This document shows positions 23,801 to 33,104 of a stretch of 64,000 nucleotides of DNA, piece after piece. Below the pieces are notes generated by a model that did not search any database, was not told the origin of the DNA, and saw nothing but the letters and a program-made list of their open reading frames with translations. Source of the stretch: Klebsormidium nitens (taxonomy: Eukaryota; Plantae; Klebsormidiophyceae). The stretch is taken from the NCBI GenBank assembly GCA_000708835.1, contig DF237099.1:73554-137553 (forward strand). The letters are read 5' to 3'. Position numbers and translations under genes: made by a program. The first letter of the stretch is position 1. Each line of letters starts with the position of its first letter.

Positions 23801-26800
23801 CTGGCGATCTGCCACACAGTCCTCCCTGAGGGGGGGGACACGCCCGACTCCGTTGTGTACCAGGCCGCGTCCCCCGACGAGGCGGCGCTCGTGGTCGCCG
23901 CCAAGAACTTCGGCTTCTTCTTCTACCGGCGCACGCCGGCTACGATCCGTGTGCAGGAGTCGCACGTGGAGAAGCTGGGGCGCATCCAGGACCTCGAGTA
24001 CGAGGTGCTCAACGTGCTCGAGTTCAACAGGTGAGTAATCTGGAGTTTTAGGAGTGGGGAGTTACGGCGTCTCAGGGATCCCCGGTTTGAGACTTTTGCA
24101 GTGAAGAAGACGGTTGCCGCTTCACAGTCTGCCAATCGCCGCAAGCGCTGTCTCTCGTGTTCAATCTTCGTAAGTTCAGAGCGCAAGAAGACCAGTAAAA
24201 ACAGTTTACTTCGAGATTTTACTCGAGCCATAAATAGCCAAGTTGCAGCTCAGATGTGTAGGGCACCTATATAAGCGCGTGGCTGAAGCAGCAGCAAAGA
24301 TAAGCATGGAGTAAACTTTCTTTCTACAGAACACGCAAGCGCCAGCCCGTTTTCTGCTGGCATACAAGTCTTGAGTCGTCGCCGATCTCACCGCTCAACA
24401 AGTAATTTTCTGCATGCCCACTTTATTTCAAGTCGACCCTATACAGAAGCCCAACTTCGTCATCTGCAGCACGCGCAAGCGCCAGTCCGTCATCTGCCGG
24501 CACCCCTCCGGCCGCCTCGTGCTCTACTGCAAGGGCGCCGACACCGTCATCTACGAGCGCCTCGCCGCGAACGGCAACAAGTACGCTGACATCACGCGGC
24601 GCCACCTGGAGTCGTACGGCGCGGACGGCCTCCGGACGCTCTGCCTCGCGTATGCGGACCTGGACCCCAACTTTTACGAGGAGTGGAACGAGAAGTTCAT
24701 CGCGGCGAAGAGCTCGTTGCGGGACCGGGAGAAGAAGCTAGACGAGGTTGCAGAGCTGATTGAGAAGGATTTGATACTTTTGGGTGCGACGGCGATCGAG
24801 GATAAGCTGCAGGAGGGGGTACCGCAGTGCATTGAGACGCTGCGGCACGCGGGTATCAAGATCTGGGTGCTCACGGGGGATAAGCTGGAGACGGCGATCA
24901 ACATCGCGTATGGTGAGTAGGACGTGTGCTTTTTTCGATGTGCGTTTGCTAGCCCAGGGACTGGATTTGACCAGGCAATGTGGGGAGGAGCGGTGGGTCT
25001 TTGATCGCGTCCATTCTCCTCCTCGGGGTTACGAAGTGGTCACGAACGCTGGTGTTGAGAAGCTGGAAGTCGGCGATGAATTGTGCTTGGTGGTCGGACG
25101 AGCACCATCTATTTGATATTGATGACTTGGCTTCGGGTGCTGCTGAATGAACTCTAAGATTGCCTTTGCCTATGGGTATCATACTGCCGGTATGACAATC
25201 GCAAATATTCGAGCGGTAAAGCATCGCCTAATTCCAAAAGCTCGTTCCAGGTGGTAATGGTCATAGAAAGAGCTCTAGACTCGTGCAATTTTGGACTTCG
25301 TCCTCAAGCTTGGACATCAGAACATTTCCGAACACGAGACCTTTCATACCCTCTTCCTCCCGACTTCATGTCTTTCGTAGCCCTGTCATGCATCCTAAGT
25401 TGGACTTACACTCCTACAGCCTGCAATCTGCTCACGAACGACCAGAAGAAGTTCATCGTCAGCTCGGAGACGAATGAGATTCTGAAGGCCGAAGAGGAGA
25501 TGAGCCCAGCTCAGGCGATGGCGGTCATTAAGGCGAACGTCAGAAATGCACTGGTGGATGCCCTCCGGCAAGCGCAGCGGCACGCGATTGCAGATGACGG
25601 AATGGTACGTTTCGTGGTTTGTGCATGCTTGTAAGTCAGTTTCATTCGAGCAAGGGTCACTGGATTGAGAGGGAAACGCGTTGCCCTCGTTCTGGAGCTG
25701 GTGTGCTTGCAACAGGTCAAAGGCTGAAGGTCATTGGAATCTTCAGGGGTGCATTTTCCCACAAAAATGCATTCGGAAGGAAACGTGAAACGCAAAACGC
25801 GGAGATGGTATTGGACCGAGCGGTGCTGGATCATGACTGGGGCCCTTTCTTGCTTCAAACCTTCCGGGCGTCAGAACATCTCGACTTGATAGTAGTCGAG
25901 CAAAGCAACGGCAGAGGCAAGGGAGCTGACGTAGTCCATAAAAAGGATTCAGGAGTTTGACTGCAACTTTACTCTTCTACTGCAGGAGTTGGCGCTGGTC
26001 ATCGATGGCAAGTGCTTGATGTACGCGTTGGACCCCGCCCTGCGAGGGACCCTGCTACACCTGGGGATGCTCTGCAAGGCCGTCGTGTGCTGTCGAGTGT
26101 CCCCTCTCCAAAAAGCGCAGGTAAGCCTGGCGGATGTGATTCAATGGCAGTTAGCGGAGGGAGTCTGATAGAGTTTCGTTGTGCAGAGGTGTCTTTTTAT
26201 CCGGACTGTGCAGACGATGGCAGGCGCGGACATTTGTTCAAGCTTGTTGAAGGTGTTGGACATTTCGTGCCGTCGGTTCAACTTGAGGCCCAGTAGCTTG
26301 CTGCGGAGGCGAACAATCTCAACCTAAGGTTTTCCTGAAGTTCAGGAAGGAGTACTAGTCTAATCTTGTCGATTGCACCAGCCTTGAGTGAGCCCCTATG
26401 GCTCACGAAGAGTCTCAATCAGGACTCTCTTTGAGAATCTGGTAGCAATCAAGCCATGGAGTGACCGTGAAAACCTTAAGGTTCTTGATCCGCGAACCAA
26501 ATGAATGTAGGCTCTTGTTTGGAGAGCTTCTTGGCCTCTTTTGCAAGATATGTGTGTTCTGTCCTCAGGTGACGGCCCTCATCCGGGACAACGCGGGGAA
26601 GATCACGCTGAGCATCGGCGACGGCGCCAATGACGTCAGCATGATCCAGGCGGCGCACATCGGGGTGGGCATCAGCGGGCAGGAGGGCATGCAGGCGGTA
26701 ATGGCCAGCGACTTCGCCATAGCGCAGTTCCGCTTCCTGACGGATCTTCTTTTGGTGCACGGCCGGTGGTCGTACACACGGATTGCAAAGGTAGGCTGTG

Positions 26801-29800
26801 TAAACCGACCTTATATCTCACACACTCACGGTCTAGATGTCGCTGGGCTTCGGACCCCTGTTGGCCGAACGAGCTCTCGCTCCTTGACAGAACTCCTGTC
26901 ACACCGTGGCCTATGGCCCTATTTGCGGTCGCAGAGGTACGTCTGCTTCACAAGGATGTAACATCGATGACTCGACGGAGAGGTTCTCCTCTTGTAACAA
27001 GCTCCTGTTGGGGACAACTTTGGAATGATATTTATGCGCAGCTCAACTTACTTTCGATCATTCATCCGCAGGTGGTGGGCTGAGTTTATCAACAAGAACG
27101 TCGCGTTCATGTCGACTCGGTTCTACTTATAAGCAGCTAAATAGTTCCCCTGACTGCTCACTGTCGTGCGGGATAGTTCTGTGCCCTGCGGAACACTTTT
27201 TGTGCGCAAGTCGTTAAACGCTCACCTTCGCTGTCCAGGTGGTTGGCTACTTTTTCCACAAGAACATTGCGTTCATGTGGCCCAGGTTCTAGTCATAAGT
27301 AGCCAAATTATCCTTCCTAAATGTGCGCTGTCTTGCGGGACAATTCTGTGACCGCAGAATGCTTTAAGTGCGCAGCTGACGTCATCTTTCCTGTGCAGGT
27401 GGTTGGTTACTTTTTCTACAAGAACATCGCGTTCACGCTGACCCAGTTCTGGTTCAACATGTACACCGGCTACTCGGGCGAGCGCTTGTACGACGACTGG
27501 TACCAGTCGCTCTACAACGTCGTCTTCACCGCGCTGCCCGTCATCGTCGTAGGCATTTTCGACCAGGTGAGGACTTCGCGCTTCTGAGTTTGGGGTTTGG
27601 GGTTTTGGGGTTTGGGGTTTGGGGTTTGGGGTTTGGGGTTGGGGCTCGGGGCTTTTGGGTATCAGTTGCTTGGCGAGGTGGTTTTGCAAACAATACTATA
27701 GGTTTCGCGACCAGGTGACGAATGACGCTTTTGTGTCTGGGGGTGATTCGCTTGGCAGCCAGCCAGAGAGCATCTTCGAAGGTGGATTCTTTGGCGACGG
27801 TTTAGGTTTTCCCGACCAGATGAGGAGCCCCGACTCTTGTGTTTTGGATATCAGTCGCCGTACCAAGCTTTTTGCTAAATTTTTGAAGATAGTCGTATGC
27901 GGGTTGGAAGCTGCTGCCTTTCTCGTCGTCTTTGGTTTGAGCGGGCAGTCCAGGGTAATCCGAGGGCACTGAATAGTTTCTGTCTCTCTGCAGGACGTCG
28001 ACGCAAAGCGGTCAAAGAAGTATCCGCAGCTGTACGAGGCTGGCCAGCGAAACCTCTACTTCAACTGGACGACTCTGCTGACGTGGCTCGTGATGGGCAT
28101 TTACCAGTCCGGGGTGAATTCCATTCTGCTTTTCATCTACATCCATAGGAGTATCCTGCGTCGCGTTGAGAACTGGTCTTACGCCGTTGAATGAATTTGT
28201 ATAGATACCTGAGGGCCTGTCTTCAAAGTTGGATTGCTGATCTTGTGTCGTTATTAAAGTGGGCGTTCTGTTCCGCGGAATGCCGGACGTCCAAGCTTAG
28301 CGGCAGGGGGTCTCACGCAAATTTTGAGTGTGAATTGCGAACGTCAAGTGCCGGGTTTCGTGCCGGTAACCAGCGCAGCGACGGCCGAAGTCCTGGCTCA
28401 GGTTCAACTTCCTCGGATCAGTCGCCGTGACATGACGTCAGTGCTGACACTTTGGAACGCCCACTTTAAGATTGCCAGACTGAGGTGCTTTGACAGCAAC
28501 TTTTGTGCAGAGCAGAGGAAGGAACCTCATCTTGCATTTTTCTTCGCAGATCTTCTTCTACTTCCCGCTCCTCATCTTCAAGGGCCCCCTGAGCTCTTCC
28601 GGCAAGACGCTGGGCCTATGGGACGTGGGCACCATGGCCTTCACCTGCATCGTCATCACCGTCAACGCGCGCCTGCTTATGGCGTGCACCTTCCAAACCC
28701 GGTGGCACCACATAAGTATATGGGGAAGCATCGGCTTATGGTTCGCCTTTATCTTCGTGTACTGTGCGGTCCGGCCCGGCGCCACAACCGTGGATAAGCA
28801 GGTGGGCGCCACGTGGCGGGATGTCATTCGCCAAATTCTGAACATGATTGAATGACCTTTGTCTCGCTTGCGTCAGGCAATACCTCGCCAAAGTTGCTTC
28901 TGAGCAGTGTATGTGTCGCTCTGAAGAGATTGACAGCGAGCACAGGACCGTTTATGACGAAGAAATATTTGAGGGTGAAACATCGTGACGTTGTTTCTAG
29001 ACAGATCTTTGAGCTTGTTGACGTCGTACTGGAGCTGTAACACGTCAAGGGCTCGGCGAGGTGGAAGATGTTTGTAGCTGTACTTTATCCATAGACAAGC
29101 AGGTCGTTTGAACTATGCTTTACGTCTGAAGGATGCGGAAAATCTATTGTACCTTAGCAGAGATTGCCCTGAGACGTGCAGTCAGAGTGTGGAATGTCGC
29201 GTGTTTGGGAGCGAAGCCGGTAGTGGAAGCTCTTTGTCCGGATTCTGGACGTTTCGAAGGGAAGCTACTCAAAATGCGCTTTTTCCAGTCTTTGCCATCG
29301 CTGGCGTTTACAACCTAGGCCCTGACGTCGTGTCCTCTCCCCTTCCGCAGGACAACATTTTCAATGTAATATATCTCCTTATGTCCACCTTGGAGTTTTA
29401 CCTGACGGCGCTCTTGGTCCCGGTCGTGGCTTTAGGTGCCGACTTTTTGATGGCCGGGTAAGTCCGTCACTTCTCTTCCAGGACTGATAAGTCCTTTTCA
29501 TTACTTCTGCTGGCCATCTGGAGGTGATTCGTGTTCCTTGCGGTCACGCACTAGGAAAATTTGTAAGCGGTATGTACACCTTTTGGCCAAAACTGCGGGT
29601 TTCAGCGTGCAATTGCAGTCCGGGCTTGATCTTAAGAGATGATGCGGAAGCGACCAGTTTAAGAGCATCGAAGACATAAACTTTCACGAAAGCAGCCCAA
29701 AGACTGAAAGTTTGCCGCGCCTCATGCTGTTAAACCGAAAGCGGAGTTTTCAGAAGATACTCTCCTGCCCTCAATCCTTAGAAATGGTGCTATTAGATCA

Positions 29801-31112
29801 GCTCTCAACTTTTTGGCCCTGTGATTAAAGCAGGATAACAAATGCAAAGCTCAAGTCGCCATCTCTCTGATTTTAGCATCCGATGATGGTCACGTCGCAA
29901 CATTGAGCCCCGGTCCCCATTGTCTTGTAAGCGAGCCACTCGTTGCAAAACAACCTACAAAAATACTGAGCCTCAACTCAAATGCAGACCCTGATCCGCC
30001 ATCTTTTTCTGTTTCCAGCGTCCAGCGGTGGTTTATGCCGTATGACTACCAGATTATCCAAGAGCAGGAAAAGAAGCACGAGGGCGCGCCCGAGATTGAG
30101 ATGGAGAGCGCACCGCTGTCGGCGATGCACCTGGAGACGGGCATGACGCCCGCGGACGAGCGCTCGGCCGCCATGGCGATGATGCCGGGCCTGCCGTCTG
30201 GCCGACGTGAGCCCCTTAACCACCTCCTTAACCACCTCTTTACCCACCTTGACCCCTTGACCACCTCCTTAACCACCTCAAGCCTGAGATGTAATCTTTG
30301 GGATGATTTAGAGAGGGCGTCTGCCCAGCGTAGCTTGCCGCGACATACAGATCATGCGTGTCGACTGCCTGTTTGCTGCAAACGTGTGCCATGTGGCTTT
30401 CACAAGCAGCTGGAAACGTCCGGAATCGGGTTTCTGGTGCCTCGTGGGACATGTTGCAAGATATATTGTTTAACCCGTTGAATAGCCCTCTTATCAAAAC
30501 GTTTGCAATTTTCAAAGCCTCAATTGGTAATTCCGTAAGATGCAAAATGGAAGCCCTTCCTTTGTGGCTTCCACTTATAGAGAGGGAACAATATCAGGGT
30601 AGGACATATGGTTGTTTTCGTGACTGAGCAGCCTTCCCTGAAATCTGGAAGGTTTTGTTTTGGGGCAAATTCTGAGTTCTTTTCCTCTCCTCTTTGTCTG
30701 GACTGCGTCCGGGTATGGCACAAAAAAGACCCGAATCGTGTACTCATGCGAGCGCCAGTGAAGCTGGTCATTATGTTGACCTTCTATCTGTTGAAGCTTT
30801 TGGCGAGCTGGAAAGCGGACAGTGAGCTCCGTTTGGAGATTATGAAAAGACTCTGGCCCGCGTTGTTCATCTTTGTAGACCGCTTTACGGTGGCCCTGTT
30901 CTGCTGCAGATACGGGTTTCTCCTTCGACACGCCCGGCTTCCAGTCGTTCTTTGCGGATCAGCAGGGCTATCATCAAGACGAGAAATCTTGGGACATAGC
31001 CCGGCGGGCTAGTATGGTGCATAGACGCGTCGATAGACCTAGCGGTTCAGGAGGGCAAGGCCTGAGCCCGCTCGCAAGGTCCGCCCCGTCTAAAGGAGTC
31101 GATCGGAGGTAG
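17886..31112 (+). CDS. ALA3: P4-type ATPase phospholipid flippase, ALA3-like, about 1263 aa, 23 exons
   Basis: Exons 17886-18083, 18399-18464, 18683-18744, 19081-19162, 19439-19549, 19836-19913, 20356-20562, 20804-20869, 21444-21565, 21927-22008, 22384-22461, 22950-23321, 23786-24030, 24470-24912, 25420-25604, 25986-26120, 26569-26790, 27399-27566, 27994-28113, 28550-28801, 29351-29457, 30019-30206, 30910-31112 (3792 nt). Motifs [36 protein letters not shown] and GDGAND; C-terminal [25 protein letters not shown] is typical of ALA3. Confidence 0.93.
19914..20355 (+). other. GC-AG intron (ALA3 intron 6)
   Basis: GAG|gcgagtc...attcgcag|ACG joins GICYVE to TMNLDGET, the conserved P4-ATPase sequence. 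No GT sits at the required position. Confidence 0.9.
26800..27398 (+). repeat. Degenerate tandem copies of the exon-17 donor and exon-18 acceptor regions inside ALA3 intron 17
   Basis: Donor copy ends 26936 (translates [17 protein letters not shown] vs real [17 protein letters not shown]). Acceptor plus exon-start copies begin at 27072 and 27239 vs real 27399, with periods 167 and 160. Confidence 0.85.
27589..27651 (+). repeat. (TTTGGGG)n microsatellite, G-quadruplex-capable
   Basis: About 8 units of T2-4G4 plus ctcgggg, starting 22 nt after the exon 18 donor. Confidence 0.95.
30214..30279 (+). repeat. Imperfect 12-bp minisatellite (CCTTAACCACCT)n, about 5 units
   Basis: Starts directly after the exon 22 donor at 30207. 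Confidence 0.85.
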
Positions 31113-31906
31113 ACGGCAGGTCTTTGAGTTTTTGAACATGTTGGCTACTTGAGACTTTTATATATTCAGGAACGATGTCAATATGCCCAAGGTTACTGGG
31201 TGCTTGAATCCATGCCGCGACACGTTGCGCCTGTGAATGATGAGCATGGAGAAGTCATGCATGCCTTTCACATGTGCCCAATGTCATCTGATTGACCATA
31301 TGCCAGCGTACCTACTTCAAATCTACGGCAGTGCTGCGATCCGAAGAAGAACAGGACTCAAGACGGTATCCTTGCTGGCGCAGCGACGCCGACGCCCATG
31401 CGAACAGGCCCTCTTGGGTCCAATAACATCCCACTCCCACTCCGACTCGCTCCCTTCACCGTCAGCGACCGATGAAGTAGAGGCGACGCGCGCGCTCACG
31501 TTGCTCCAACTTACGGTACGTACTGCATGATGTACCGGCACCACTCACCATTACAGGCTGGAGTCTGGACTTCCAGAGGTTCAGATCCCCGGGGGCCGGG
31601 GCCCGTTTAGGATGGACGGTCGGTACCGTTGACTAAATATCGGGGTGAATGATGCAATTATAGTGACATCCATGATTGGTCTGTAGAATCTGTAAAAAAC
31701 AATATGCAAGCGGTGGAAATCTCCTCCTGTAAGTGTAAAACTTGCCTTCTTGGCTGGCACATCGCCCAATTCACACTTTGACAGGTTTGGCCTTAAAATT
31801 TTGGCCGCAGGAGGATCCCTCTATGATGAATCATGATGACGTAGCAGAAACCTGTGTTACGTAATACCTGCAGAGGAATCTTCATAGTCTGCAGCTTTTG
31901 TTGGGG

Positions 31907-32340
31907 GTACCTACCGTAGGTACGTACCTAATGACTTTCACACCAGAACACCCGTACGTACCGCCATTACCGGTACAACTTGAATGACGTACCGTCAATA
32001 GGTAGGGTACCGTACTACCTACGTAGTACCGTAGGTAGGTCCGGTATGTACGGAAGTCCAACGAAGCAATCATCCGTCGCATACTGTAGAGGACAGCTCC
32101 AAGTAGGTACCTACCTTGGACCGCGGATACAGGTATCTCTAGATTGTATAAACAGGAGGTAATTTGAAGATGCAGAAGCGCCGGGCACCCCAATTGAAAC
32201 CTTTGACCCACGATGTGACGCGCTCTCCACCCGCATCAGCCTTAACCAGCAGACTAACCTCACCTGTTCCCCGGGTGCTTAAATGAACATTCGGCCCTCT
32301 AATGAATAATCAAGAGTTAGCGGAGTACGTACCGCGGTAC
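31907..32340. promoter_or_regulatory. GTAC-dense island (candidate SBP-box/CRR1-type element cluster, or a repeat)
   Basis: 12 GTAC in 31907-32110 and 3 more at 32325-32340 by manual count; several small hairpins such as gtaggtacctac. Confidence 0.4.
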
Positions 32341-32732
32341 CGTGTGCACTGCCAGTGCGCACACTGCGAAGAAATTGTTGGCACGACTCACGACGGCCAA
32401 GTCACGAGTCAGATTCACGAGCCCGAGAGAGAAGGAACCTGCTGCATGAGGCTGCTCAAATGGTCGTGTTTCCTTCCCATCTGAGGTGTTTGAAACACTC
32501 TCGAGAGTTCCAGCATTTTGGGCAGAAGACGGAGCGGCAAGCTAAGAAGGCCTCGGGCGCCATCAGTGCCTCGATCAGAGGAGCTACCTAGTCCTTATCA
32601 GCATACGAAAGGAGCGTCTGCCTAGGTTTTGGAAGCTTGGGCCTCACCATTCGGCAAGCTGCAAAGAGCTGTCAAAGATTGCCATTGTGTTTGCAGAGTC
32701 TGCTTCAGGGAGGACCTACACTGCTTGCTAAG

Positions 32733-33071
32733 GTGAGTGAAGTCTGTCAGCAGAGATGATAGCTTATTGCATTCTCCGGAGGATAGGAGAAACAAGATTC
32801 TGGTCTGCTTGCCCTTGGGTTATGTTGTAAGATAATCTTTTGCGGCAAGCTTCTGAATGTGTCACCTTTTTCAAAGAATCCGAAACGTTCCTGCTCAGAG
32901 CGCACCAAAAGGATGCCCAGCCTGCTTCTCAAGCCACAGGGGCATTCTGGTTCTCCAAAGAGCCACCTTGTGGGACCAGGCCAAGATTTCCCTTCTCTGT
33001 GTCAAACCACACTCTTTTCCCTTCATTCTGAGAAAAATATGGACCGAGTTCTTCCGCCTTTCGTTTTGCAG
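32733..33071 (+). other. Probable 5'UTR intron of the CAP-domain gene
   Basis: ctaag|gtgagt ... ttttgcag|gaaacc, ending 33 nt upstream of the ATG at 33105. Confidence 0.55.
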
Positions 33072-33104
33072 GAAACCTCCTGACACCTCAAGCCAAACCC
33101 CAAA

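Noticed and set aside
22892-24904. Antisense ORFs over the ALA3 exons (likewise over the RLK, UBA2c, PEX16 and CAP exons)
   Set aside because: Shadows of GC3-rich coding exons; no independent motifs or splice structure.
27020-27460. Repeat-spacer pattern as a CRISPR array
   Set aside because: The repeats are degenerate copies of a eukaryotic exon junction, the spacers are homologous to each other, and no cas genes are present.
27589-27651. True telomere or chromosome fusion site
   Set aside because: Only about 60 bp, inside an intact gene, single orientation; treated as a microsatellite.
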